From NCBI RefSeq assembly GCF_022045235.1, contig NW_027266266.1, positions 28,024,001-28,088,000 of the forward strand: a stretch of 64,000 bases of DNA, in the 5' to 3' direction. This DNA comes from Haliotis cracherodii (Eukaryota). Shown piece after piece: positions 51,185 through 63,811 of this stretch. Position numbers and translations under genes: made by a program. Below the pieces are notes generated by a model that ran no database searches, had not been told where the DNA came from, and saw only the letters and a list, made by a program, of their open reading frames with translations. Each line of letters begins with the position of its first letter. Within the stretch, counting starts at the first letter, position 1.

Positions 51185-52163
51185 ACTACATGCACGCAAA
51201 GACATTGCTTCCTTTCCAAAGGAAACAGTTACACTGAAGCACTTCAAATACATATAAGCGACTTTTATAACTGTTAGTTGATGCATAGTTTCTGAGCTCT
51301 GTGTAGCACACGAGCATCTTCCCGGTCTGCACGATGTAGCACAATGTTTGTATGCATAACGTCAATGTTCGAAATGTACATGGGAGGGCAAGCCAGACAG
51401 GAAGCACGCTGCTGTGGCCGCTAGGAGATTGTTCCAGTGTCTTGTAAGCTGTGCTCATAGCCCTGGCAGTAATGGGTGGGGGTAATGTTGTTCGCAGGAC
51501 ATGATGGTGCAGAGTTCATAATGCTGCTAATTAACTGTTCATTGTGTGTAATTATAACCCTGCTGACACCTGTTTTAAACAATATTTATTTCCAGTTGGT
51601 ACAATGAAAGGGGATTGATAAACAGACAGAGCCAAAATGAATACCTCTCCCGATCTGGGCCGCATCCTGTCTGTACACAGATTGTCTTTTAGTCTACGCT
51701 AAACGGAGTCAAATCCGCGTTTTCGACGTTAATCACCATCGTGACGCCTACCTTGGCAGTCCTTTACAACACACATGGTACATGCACATGTTAGAAAAAT
51801 GAATGACCTTAATAGGATGATTGTACAGGATATTTGGTAATTAATATACTATGTAAAGTATGTGTTTTATTCCCATATTGAATTATATCTGCTGTACATA
51901 TAACCTTCTTCAAAACTGTACATACAGTTAGTTTGGAATCTGGAAGATCTGATTAATCAATGTGGTCTTATATTTCAATTGTCTACTTACAATGTAATGA
52001 TTATACTATTGCTTAACTGATAGTATTGAATTAGTATCTGATGTTAGTAATACCTAGATATAAAATTCATTGACTAATTTAGGTATTGGAGCGGCACAAG
52101 TTTTGAAAAGGCAAATAGTTCAGTAAGAGCAGAAAAGTTATATATTTTCAACATACGTTTATA

Positions 52164-53628
52164 TACTGAGTCAAATTTAAAACTTCACATTCTTAAAAGT
52201 AATCCCATATATGATATACAACGGACAAATGTAATTTTTAATCATTAATGTCCAAAGAAGGATTTTAATTAACGGTGGTAACCATAATTTGTTTCAAGCA
52301 CCTACGGTATTCGGTAATAACATCAACAGTTTAAATCATAAGTACCAAGCACGAGAATCTGATGGCACACAAGTTCAGTAGCGTGTATGGCCACCATGTG
52401 CGTTGACAACTGCCACACAACGACTCCGCATGGACCTTGTGATGCTTGTGAACACATGATTGGGAAGACGCCGCCATTGTTGCTGCAAAATAGTGCCAAG
52501 ATCTTGCAAATTCTGTGGTTGGTTCTGGAGAGTGCGCAGACTTCTGCCAAGAGCATCCCAGACGTGTTCGATGGGATTGAGGTCGGGAGACCTTGACGGC
52601 CAGTCCATGACGTTGACTCCCGCATTCCGAAAGAAATTCCTTGTCAAAATTGCTGTTTGGGGTCTGGCATAGTCGTGTTGGAAGATCAAACCGGGCCCAT
52701 GTGCTGCCATAAAAGGCAGTAGTTCTGGTGCCAGAACCTGGTCGCGCTAAGCAGCAGCGTTGAGGTTGCCACGGGTGACAAGAAGCCTGAAACGTGCAGA
52801 ATGCACCCCACACCATGACACTTCCGCCTCGAAATCTGTCAACTTCCTGTACACAACACTGATAGTAACGTCCATGATGGCGTCTCCACACCCTCGCCCT
52901 ACCATCAGCAAATCGAAGATTAAATCGGGATTCATCACTGAAGACGACTTGATGGACGACTTGAGTCCATCATAAGTGTGGCTGTGCCCACAATTGACAT
53001 TGACGCCTGTGTAATTGAGTCAGAATTGGCATGCAATATGGCCGTCGTGCTTGAAGGTGAGCAATTCTCAGACGGTTTCGAACAGTTTGCGCACTCAGTC
53101 TACCTCTAAACAGTTCATTTCTGGTTGATGTAGCCGTCAAAAATCGGTTACGGAGGTGACGTGGTCGACCTTGACGAGGGCGATCAGCGGTGGTTCCCGT
53201 TTGCTGTAGACGCGTCTGCAAATCATAAACAGTCCGTCGAGTACAACCCATCCTCTTTGCGACTTCCTCTACGGACGTTCCCGTTTGCAACATGCCGATG
53301 GCACGTTCACGTTTGAAAGGCGTGGCATGACAAATGGCCGTAAAGACTTTTGTTTTGTTGTGTTTTTCTTTTTTTGTTAATGACTGCTAACAAGTATGGC
53401 TGAAAACACGTGCGGTATTATGGCCACGTGACCCGTTGCACATGAAAAACCACTTTTGCCACTATAGTGCGGTGCACATGATTTTGATCGATTCACCTGC
53501 ACAAAAACGGGTGTTATCTGAAGACAATACGTGGCCATTACTGTTTAAGCACACAATAAGGGCCAACAATGATAACTGGTCAAAATGTTAAAATTTTAAG
53601 ATTGTGAAGTTTTTAATTTGGTTCAGTT
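52164..53628 (-). mobile_element. Second Tc1-family transposon (DD34E), decayed
   Basis: Imperfect ~35-bp TIRs (tactgagtcaaatttaaaacttcacattcttaaaa / reverse complement aactgaaccaaattaaaaacttcacaatcttaaaa) with TA on both sides. Confidence 0.88.
52375..53328 (-). pseudogene. Tc1 transposase pseudogene
   Basis: GRPR, GGSVMVWG, FQHD...WPSRSPDLNPIEHVW (D34E), GGHTRY end; several frameshifts and deletions. Confidence 0.9.
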
Positions 53629-54324
53629 TATTTGATAATGAAAGCCAATTGCCTACGTTGAAAATATGTAACCTTTTTGGCTTCTTTGCCAAGCCATTTC
53701 ATGATCAAATATATAAAGAGTGGGGGTGCAATACCTACACCAGTACAGGGCGTGGTTGCCTTGGCAGCCATGAATACACTATTCTCTGAGATAACTGATG
53801 CCCTACTCATGAGCCCTCCTTTAACTTCCAACATTGCTACTTATTCCTTGTATGTCGGTCGCATATTAAGAAATGCTATGATTCATCATGGACACAACAG
53901 TGTATTAAATAACGACTAATAGCCACTCGGAATGTTGGGATTTTCTACAATGTTGGGGAAAAAAATCTCAAACAGTACTGTGTGAACTGCTTTCAGGTTG
54001 AGAAGAATTCAACCAACAATGCATATATCGCATTTGGTGAATACGCGATCGACGAAGAGCACATAGAATCAATTCCAAGACTGAAGTAACTATTTAATAT
54101 GCACTGACTTTTGTCTAATGTGTGAGAGACACTTCACCACAGTGTCAACACCATATCAGCGTGACAGAGTCTGTCATCGTCTGAATCCAATCCACATTGA
54201 AGTTTCACACAACTTTCAGCATTATTCCAATGACGTGGAGAATAGAAACTTGGTCGTCACAAACTGAAAGGAACTAAATTCACAGAGTGAAAGAATTTGA
54301 AATTTTCGACTCGTGTTTACATTT

Positions 54325-55620
54325 GATTGTTAACATAGTAGCAACCATCTCATTGTTTACACAGCAGCAACAATCTCATTTGTTTTCATAGTAGCAACTA
54401 TCTCATTGTTTACACAGTAGCAACCATCCCATTGTTTACATAGTAGCAACCATCCCATTGTTTACACAGTAGCAACCATCCCATTGTTTACATAGTAGCA
54501 ACCATCACATTGTTTACACAGCAGCAACAATCTCATTGTTTTCATAGTAGCAACCATCTCATTGTTTACACAGTAGCAACCATCCCATTGTTTACATAGT
54601 AGCAACCATCACATTGTTTACACAGCAGCAACAATCTCATTGTTTTCATAGTAGCAACCATCTCATTGTTTACACAGTAGCAACCACCCCATTGTTTACA
54701 TAGTAGCAACCATCACATTGTTTACACAGTAGCATCCATCCCATTGTTTACATAGTAGCAACCATCCCATTGTTTAAACAACAACAGCCATCTAATTGTT
54801 TTCATAGGAGCACCCATCTCATTGTTTTCATAGTAGCAAGCATATCTTTGTTTACATAGTAGCAAGCATCTCATTTTTTCATAGTAGCAACCATCACATT
54901 GTTTACACAGTAGCAACCATCCCATTGTTTACATAGTAGCAACCATCACATTTTTTAAACAACAACAGCCATCTAATTGTTTTCATAGGAGCACCCATCT
55001 CATTGTTTACATAGTAGCAAGCATCTCATTGTTTACATAGTAGCAACCATACTATCTCATTGTTTACATAGTAGCAGCCATCTCATAGTTTACATAGTAG
55101 CAACCATACACTCTCATTGTTTACCTAGCAACAACTATATCACTGTTTACATAGAAGCAACCATCTCATTGTTTACATAGTAGCAACCATCTCACTGTTT
55201 ACATAGTAGCAACCATCTCATTGTTTACATAGTAGCAAGCATCTCATTGTTTACATAGTAGCAACCATACTATCTCATTGTTTACATAGTAGCAACCATC
55301 TCATAGTTTACATAGTAGCAACCATACCATCTCATTGTTTACATAGTAGCACCCATCTCATTGTTTACATAGCAACATCCATCTCATTATTTAGCTAGCA
55401 ACAACCATGTTTACATAGAAGCAACCATCCCTTTTTTTACATAGTAGCACCCATCTCATTGTTTACATAGCAACATCCTTCTCATTGTTTACCTAGCAAC
55501 AACCATCTCATTGTTTACATAGTAGCACCCATTTCACTGTTTACATAGCAACATCCATCTCATTGTTTACCTAGCAACAACCACCTCATTGTTTACATAG
55601 TAGCAATCATCTCATTCTTT
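54325..55620. repeat. 26-bp minisatellite
   Basis: ttgtttacatagtagcaaccatctca repeated about 48 times, with variants. Confidence 0.96.
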
Positions 55621-56409
55621 ATTATTCGTACATCGGTTCTTGATAGTTCGATCACTTCAGGTAATCCTATATTACTGGTCTTAAACCCGTCCCTGTTATC
55701 GCCCTTGCTTCGTGCTTTTCAACTTAGTGCATACCATGTGCAAGTTTTCTCAGGAACTGCTGAAGTAACATGAATAGGAAAGTTTCGATGCTTATCTAAT
55801 TTATACTTGTGAAGATGCCGTAAATTATTTTTTCCCAGATTTACTTCCGTTTTGGATTTTAAACATACACAGTTATGATACGTGTTATTTTACAAAGTGC
55901 CTTGTTTCAGAAGTTATCTCAGAGATACTTGTCAAGACTGAGCTATTTTTTCCAGAGAATAGTCCTTTTGGGTGCATTAATTTCAAAGTTAATCTTTTTT
56001 CTGATCTTTTCTTAAGGTTTCTTTTTGCATAGATTACATTTACTATATGAACAAAGAAAACCTAATGTGCCCCATGGCGGGGGATAGTAATAACGCTTGC
56101 TGTTCTATCAACGAATCCCCGATTATTGTTCAATCGTTTCTCGATTGTCTGATTTCTTGAAGTGAAGACCACTGCACTGTACGTGACTGCGAGGAGATCA
56201 ATTCAGATTTATGCTGGACAACGCGGGCAACTTAAAACAGATGAATAATCAATATAGCCATTAAATATAAATCATTCGCAGTTCATAGCGATCAATACTG
56301 TATAACCAGGGTTATGTGTTCAGGCAGTTTCTGTCCATGAAGCGCCAAGCCATCAAGTGATCAATTCACGAGCTATTCTACCTGCAAGGCATCAGTCCAT
56401 AACCCATTC

Positions 56410-57172
56410 ATGTAGACATCAGTTCTTGAAGCAATGAGTCATCCAAACTGCTGTCCTTGATGAACGCAGTCACCCAAACATCAGTCCTTGAAGCAGCCAG
56501 TCATCCAGACATCAGTCCATGAAGCACCCAGTCATCCAAACACCAGTCCTTGAATCACCCGGCCATCCAGACATCAGTCCTTTGAGCACCCAGTCATCCA
56601 GACATAAGTCCTTGAAGCACTCAGTCATCCAGACACATGTCCTTGAAGCAGCCAGGCATCCAGACATCAGTCATTGAAGCACTCAGTCATCCAGACACAT
56701 GTCCTTGAAGCAGCCAGGCATCCAGACATCAGTCCTTGAAGCACTCAGTCATCCAGACACATGTCCTTGAAGCAGCCAGTCATCCAGACATCAGTCCTTG
56801 AAGCACCAAGTCGTCCAGACACATGTCCTTGAAGCAGCCAGGCATCCAGACATCAGTCCTTGAAGCACTCAGTCATCCAGACACATGTCCTTGAAGCAGC
56901 CAGTCATCCAGACATCAGTCCTTGAAGCACCAAGTCGTCCAGACACATGTCCTTGAAGCAGCCAGGCATCCAGACACGTGTCCTTGAAGCAGCCAGTCAT
57001 CCAGACATCAGTCCTTGAAGCACCAAGTCGTCCAGACATCAGTCTTTGAAGCACAGTCATCCAGACATCCGTCCTTGAGACACCCAGTCATCCAGACATC
57101 AGTCTAATAAGCAGCCAGTCATCCAAACATCAGTCCTTTAAGCACTCAATCATCCAGACGTCAGTCATTGAA
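56410..57172. repeat. 31-bp minisatellite with a 62-bp dimeric higher order
   Basis: cagacatcagtccttgaagcacccagtcatc; cagacacatgtcc and cagacatcagtcc variants alternate in the centre. Confidence 0.93.
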
Positions 57173-57199
57173 ACATTCTTTTCGACATGAGGTCAATGC

Positions 57200-58430
57200 T
57201 TCCCAGGGTGTTGTTGTGCTCCAACAGAATATCTTTGAGTATCTCCCCAGGGTGTTTCGGTGCCCCAAGAGGAGATTTCTGAGTATCTCCCCGGGGTGTT
57301 TCGGTGCCCCAACAGGAAATTTCTGAGTATCTCCCCAAGGGTGTTTCGGTGCTCCAAGAGGAGATTTCTGAGTATCTCCCCGGGGTGTTTCGGTGCTCCA
57401 ACAGGAGATCTCTGAGTGTCTCCCCAGGGCGTTATGGTGCTCCAAGAGGAGATCTCCGAGTGTCTCCCCAGGGTGTTTCGGTGCTCCAAGAGGAGATTTC
57501 TGAGTGTCTCCCAAGGGTGTTATGGTGCTCCAAGAGGAGATCTCTGAGTGTCTCCCCAGGGTGTTTCTGTGCTCCAAGAGGAGATTTCTGAGTGTCTCCC
57601 CGGGGTGTTTCGGTGCTCCAAGAGGAGATTTCTGAGTGTCTCCCCAAGGTGTTATGGTGCTTCAAGAGGAGATATCTGAGTGTCTCCCAAGGGTCTTATG
57701 GTGCTTAAAGAGGAGATCTCTGAGTGTCGCCCAAGGGCGTTATGGTGCTCCAAGAGGAGATCTCTGAGTATCGCCCAAGGGTGTTACGGTGCTACAATGG
57801 GTGATTTCTTAGTGTCTTCCAGGGTGTTACGGTGCTCCAAGAGGAGATTTCTGAGTGTCTCCCAAGGGTGTTTCGGTGCTACAATGGGATATTTCAGAGT
57901 GTCTCCCCAGGGTGTTTCGGTGCTCCAAGAGGAGATTTCTGAGTGTCTCCCAAGTGTTTCGAGGCTCCAAGATGAGATCTCTGACTGTCTCCCCAGGGTG
58001 TTTCGGTGCTCCAAGAGGAGATTTCTGAGTGTCTCCCAAGGGTGTTACGGTGCTACAAGGGGAGATTTCAGATTGTCTCCCAAGTGTGTTTCGAGGCTCC
58101 AAGATGACATCTCTGATTGTCTCACTAGGGTGTTATGGCGCTCCGAGAGGATATCTCTAAGTGTCTCCCAAGGGTGTTTCGGTGCTCCAAGAGGAATTTT
58201 CTGAGTGTCTCCCAAGGGTGTTTCGGTGCTCCAAGAGGACATTTCTGAGTGTCTCCCAAGGGTCTTATGGCGCTCCAAGCGGAGATCGCTGATTGTCTTC
58301 CCTGGGTGTTATGGCGCTCCGAGAGGCGATCTCTAAGTGTCTCCCAAGGGTGTTTCGGTGCTCCAAGAGGAAATTGTCTGAGTGTCTCCAAAGGGTGTTT
58401 CGGTGCTCCAAAAGAGATGTCTGAATGTCT
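57200..58430. repeat. 44-bp minisatellite
   Basis: ccccagggtgtttcggtgctccaagaggagatttctgagtgtct repeated about 28 times. Confidence 0.95.
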
Positions 58431-60043
58431 CCCTAGGGTGGTCTATTTGTCCAAGAAGAGATGTCTGAGCATCTCCCCAGGGTGGTCCAAGAGGAGATGT
58501 CTGAGTGTCTCCCTAGGGTGGTCTATTTGTCCAAGAAGGAGATGTCTGAGCATCTCCCCAGGGTGGTCCAAGAGGAGATGTCTGAGTGTCTCCCCAGGAT
58601 GGTCTATTTGTCCAAGAAGGAGATGTCTGAGCATCTCCCCAGGGTGGTCCAAGAGGAGATGTCTGCATGAGTGTCTCCCCAGGGTGGTCCAAGAGGAGAT
58701 GTCTGAGCATCTCCCCAGGGTGGTCCAAGTAGAGATGTCTGCATGAATGTCTCCCCAGGGTGGTCCAAGGGTAGATGTCTGAGTGTCTCCCCAGGGTGGT
58801 CCAAGGGTAGATGTCTGAGTGTCTCCCCAGGGTGGTCCAAGAGGAGGTGTCTGAGCATCTCCCCAGGGTGGTCCAAGAAGAGATGTCTTAGTGTCTCCCC
58901 AGGGTGGTCCAAGAGGAGATGTCTGCATGAGTGTCTCCCCAGGGTGGTCCGAGAGGAGATGTCTGAGTGTCTCCCCAGGGTGGTCCAAGAGGAGATGTCT
59001 GCATGAGTGTCTCCCCAGGGAGGTCCAAGAGGAGATGTCCGAGTGTCTCCCCAGGGTGGTCCAAGAGGAGATGTCTGCATGAGTGTCTCCCCAGGGTGGT
59101 CCAAGAGGAGATGTCTGAGTGTCTCCCCAGGGTGGTCCAAGAGGAGATGTCTGAGCAACCTCCCGAGGGTGGTCCAAGAGGAGATGTCTTAGTGTCTCCC
59201 CAGGGTGGTCCAAGAGGAGATGTCTGAGTGTCTCCCCAGGGTGGTCCAAGGGTTGATGTCTGAGTGTCTCCCCAGGGTGGTCCAAGAGGAGATGTCTGAG
59301 CGTCTCCCCAGGGTGGTCCGAGAGGAGATGTCTTAGTGTCTCCCCAGGGTGGTCTATTTGTCAAAGAGGAGATGTCTGATTCTCTCCCAAGGGGCTCCAA
59401 GATAAAATGTCTGAGTGTCTCCCCGGGTGGTCCAAGATTAGATGTCTGAGTGTCTCCCCAGAGTGGGGTGGTCTGAGAGGAGATGTCTGAGTGTCTCCCA
59501 AGGATGGGGTGGTCCGAGAGGAGATATCTTAGTGTCTCCCCAGGGTGGTCTATTTGTCCAAGAGGAGATGTCTGATTCTCTCCCAAGGGGCTCCAAGATG
59601 AAATGTCTGAGTGTCTCCCCAGGGTGGTCCAAGAGGAGATGTCTGAGTGTCTCCCCAGGGTGGTCCAAGAAGAGATGTCTGAGTGTCTCCCCAGGGTGGT
59701 TCAAGAGGAGATGTCTGAGTGTCTCCCCAGGGTGGTCCAAGGGTAGATGTCTGAGTGTCTCCCCAGGGTGGTCCAAGAGGAGATGTCTTAGTGTCTCCTC
59801 GGATGGTCCAAGAGGAGATGCCTGAGCGTCTCCCCAGGGTGGTCCAAGAGGAGATGTCTGAGTGTCTCCCCAGGGTGGGGTGGTCCAAGAGGAGATGTCT
59901 GAGTGTCTCCCCAGGGTGGTCCGAGAGGAGATGTCTGAGTGTCTCCCCAGGGTGGTCCAAGAGGAGATGCCTGAGCGTCTCCCCAGGGTGGTCCAAGAGG
60001 AGATGTCTGAGTGTCTCCCCAGGGTGGTCCAAGAAGAGATATC
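58431..60043. repeat. 36-bp minisatellite (related to the 44-mer)
   Basis: ccccagggtggtccaagaggagatgtctgagtgtct repeated about 42 times, with 40-46-bp insertion variants. Confidence 0.95.
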
Positions 60044-61229
60044 TATTTACAATGCATTAAGATGTCGTAAAAACATTCAACGTGTTGAGATTTTTCAGAC
60101 CTGTATATGTCTCTTGATTTCTATTATGAAAACACGTTGCAGTAACGTTGATACTGAGATATTGTATACAATGTTACCCCAGCCCCCAAAAAACAATTTT
60201 AACGGAAATTGCTGATTGAGATATGGTGGTAGATTATGTTAAAGTAGTGGATGAGTGGGATAACTGCAACAAGCATAAGGCAAGCGTGGGTTTCTCTACC
60301 CTGGTCTTCACGGGTTGTCATTGCTCACTGACCGTAAACTGCGGCTTATTTCCACCATTTCTATGTGGGGAAAAGCCGTGATAAAAAACTTTTGTCGTTA
60401 TAAGAGGATTTTAGCATGCGTGGTTGAGATATGCATTAGTAATTTAAAGACTGAGGACAATGTACAGTTCATTATTGACTGCCCTTAGAACTCTCATCAT
60501 ATTCATTAAATCCTCAGTATCATGTTGAGTATGAGAGAACCACTTGTGTAATTGCCATATCATAGCAGGCCGTAAGAGTAATAGCTATTCATTTATTTAT
60601 CTTCCTTCTATTCCCGTTTTTCAGTTCAGTTCTCAATGTGAGTAATAGAAACAGTAATTCCTTTCAAAACGATGCTTCAATAACGTTACTCGAACATTCA
60701 TCAAAATGTCTGCATTTAACACATATGTCATGCAGTATTGAACATTCGGATTGCTATTGCAAAGTGTTTTTATTTTATTAACAGTTCCAATATCTCGTAA
60801 CTGCATGTAGGTTCAAATCCTTCAATATTGCTACTGTATTGTATTTCACGATCCTAAATATATATACACGGTATACCATAGTGCACTTAATATATGTTTT
60901 CCGATCACCTGAACACATAGATGAACATGATCACAAGTCAAATAGGGAATTGCATCGGGCATGATAATGGTCATTTTTTTAATTAAATTTCCACTGCATA
61001 AAACATTTTGAAAGCTTTGTTAAGGCCTTGAATGTTGTAACCCTGGTCAAACAACTTTTGAGCAAGACTCGTATGACGCTCTTTGAAATATTCAAGAGAG
61101 ATTGGACCTGAGGAAGACTGGAGCTGCTGTAATATTGCTCCACATAAAGGGAGAGTTGACTATTGGAAAGTTACTTTGTCACTTTAATTTTTTTTTTTGC
61201 ATAAATCTAAATATGAATCAGATATATAG

Positions 61230-61976
61230 AATACTAAACGAGCTCCCGTGTAATACCAATTTTATGAAACGAGTGAATAGTTGTGGTATCTGACGAGCGA
61301 AAGCGAGTCAGATACCACAACTATTCACGAGTTTCATAAAATTGGTTTTACACGGGAGCGAGTTTAGTATTTTATTTATTACTTGCAATTTATAACGTTT
61401 TTTTAATTATACTGTTGAGTGTGAATAGGCTGATACCTATATGATCCATGACGTAGTCCAACTGAGTTTAACAGAATAATACTTCAAACACGTCAAAAGT
61501 TGAAACGTAATAATGTCATACCATACAACGGGTCTACCTTTAGAATTCACAAAATTATCGTAGGGCTAAGACTTTCGCATCTCACATACTTTAACTTAGA
61601 CCAACGACTGTCGTTGCGCTACAATACGATCGTCTTGTGGAACGGGCCTTGCACCTCCAAGTTTTCAATAACGTCACAATACCCGATGACGTAATTTGTG
61701 GAGTTTTGATGCAAGATCCATCGGCGAAACAATGCCATGTGACGTCAGCCTAGCAACAAGGTTGCTGGGGTCATCGAGTGTGCATAAGCTCCTCTCAGTG
61801 ATCTATCAACTCCACACGCAATGTCGTTGAATAAGCCAAGCGATGTTGAGAGCTTTCAATATTTGTTCGTGAAACGTGTTCCGAGAGTACATAAGCACAC
61901 GTTTTGGTATTACACAATGTGTAATAAAGCTGTATGTTTATTAAACGGGTGATCTCTTCACGGGCAAGTAATAAAA
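61230..61976 (+). mobile_element. Non-coding dispersed element headed by a 142-nt hairpin (unclassified non-autonomous DNA element)
   Basis: Hairpin 61230-61371; inverted repeat ttattacttgc (61376-61386) / gcaagtaataa (61965-61975); body homologous to 46672-47640. Confidence 0.8.
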
Positions 61977-62114
61977 GGCGGTATCTCTGGTCTCTCTATT
62001 ATTAGTTCAGGTGGGTAAATGTGTGTAGTATGCGACTATGTGAAATAAGTGGGAAATATATCCCCATACGTGCGGGAGAGCATACTTGTCTGACGACTTG
62101 TCCGCCAGTAATAT

Positions 62115-62200
62115 TACTTGTCACGGAGGAGGACACCAGAAATGGGCTTCACACATTGTACCCATGTCGGAAATCGAACCTGGGTAATCGGCGTGACGAA
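62115..62200 (-). mobile_element. SINE family A fragment
   Basis: ggacaccagaaatgggcttcacacattgtacccatgtcggaaatcgaacctggg. Confidence 0.8.
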
Positions 62201-62939
62201 GGAGAAGAAAGACTTTAGGGAGAGGACCTTGTCGTATTCCAAGCGATGTAAAGTATTTTTCTTACACTCTCCACGTAACTCCAGTAGGGTCTAATTCGTC
62301 GGCTGATCGGGGCTGGTGTGTTTATTGTGCATACATCGTATATGGTACAAACAGTTACCTCCTCTGTACCTATTGTTCTAATTATACTTCCATTAGCAGC
62401 TTATTTGTTTTTGCTGAGAAAACGTCTTTCCAGCCAACACAGTAATTACAATTGTTAAAACAGCAGGCCTTAAAAGTTCGTCTTTAATTTCGAAGTGTGT
62501 ATTGTGTAAAGATAGTCATGTAAAGACGAAACTGGAACAAACAGATCTACAGAGAATAAACAAAAAAATATATATTATTATTTCTGAAAACATCGTTCCA
62601 AACATCGAGAAGTGCATAAAAGCAACAAAACCCTTTCCATATTCATAAAAGATCTCTGCTAAAAGCAGAGTCAATTGTACTATTCCGACTATATGTTTAT
62701 GAAGCACCATCAAATAGTAATGATACCAGGTGTCCCCGAAAAGGTGTGAACACGTCTAAGTAGTGAGAATCATAGTGAAGAATAACTATGTATCATAACA
62801 TACATGACCATTGTGTAACCAAACGGTGTCATAAACAGTTTTTCATGGATGTCACCGTGTGTATATCCTTCAAGCAGTTGATGATGCCATAATTACAAAG
62901 ACGCTGCACCAGTCACCAACATGCTAATGGTAAGTTTGG

Positions 62940-63148
62940 TCGTTATCTGGTTCCATCAAACACCAAACATGGGATAAGTCCAGCTAGGACCCAAGTCTGA
63001 AAGATGACGTCATAGATGACGTCATAACAGCTGTGGAGAACCTTCTGGACAGCTACGAGAATGACTTCTACGAAACTGGGATACAATCTCCCCAATTCCG
63101 TTAACAAAGGTATGTAAATGAACGAGGAATTGGATTATGTTGAAAATT
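62940..63148 (+). pseudogene. mariner transposase C-terminal relic
   Basis: Translates as DDVITAVENLLDSYENDFYETGIQS...R*QRYVNERG..DYVE, matching the mariner C-terminal pattern (FY..GI..L..RW.K.....GDYVE). Confidence 0.7.
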
Positions 63149-63811
63149 TCAAAACGTTTCAATTTCCCTTGTATCTGAGCATTTTGGAAACATTCTATTA
63201 CGGAACAGAATATTCGTGTTTAAATGTTAGACATGTAGGTTAGCCATACTTGATTTGATTGGATGTGTTACTTTCTAAAGGATTGTGATTGTGTTCTGAC
63301 TGATGTTTGATACAACTGAATGTTTGCAGCAATGTATTACTTATGGGAGTATTAGTGTCTCTAGGGTATATCGTAATCTCTTGCCAATCTAATCTATTCA
63401 ATACAGTGGTCTTATCGCGTAAAGTTCCCTCGCATCTGTCTGTCGAACTTGTTCATGAAATATTTGTCCTGCACATGTGTATAATAAAGCATCTATATAT
63501 TTAAAAAAACATATTGGAAATAAGATATAATGCATAGTGGAAATGTTAATGTCTCTCAAAAGAGCACAGAAAAGTGACACATCATTACTATACAATACGA
63601 TAATACAAATGTTGATTTTGTTCACCACACAAACAGGCAAATTCATTTATGTGAAGCTGGTGTCAGTTATTAGTACATAAAGTTGATGAATGCATGGTTG
63701 TCTAAAAGATCCTATTTCTGTCCCTCTCGTGTCAGCTACCTGATTTGTATGTTATGTAGAAGCGTACAGAGTACATCAGTTGGTGCTTCATTAATCATGG
63801 TGTCAATGTAC

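Noticed and set aside
57161-60215. Many LDHPGETLRH / SPLGPPWGDTQ ORFs resembling repeat proteins
   Set aside because: Frame rotations of 36- and 44-bp satellites; non-triplet indel variants show no reading-frame constraint
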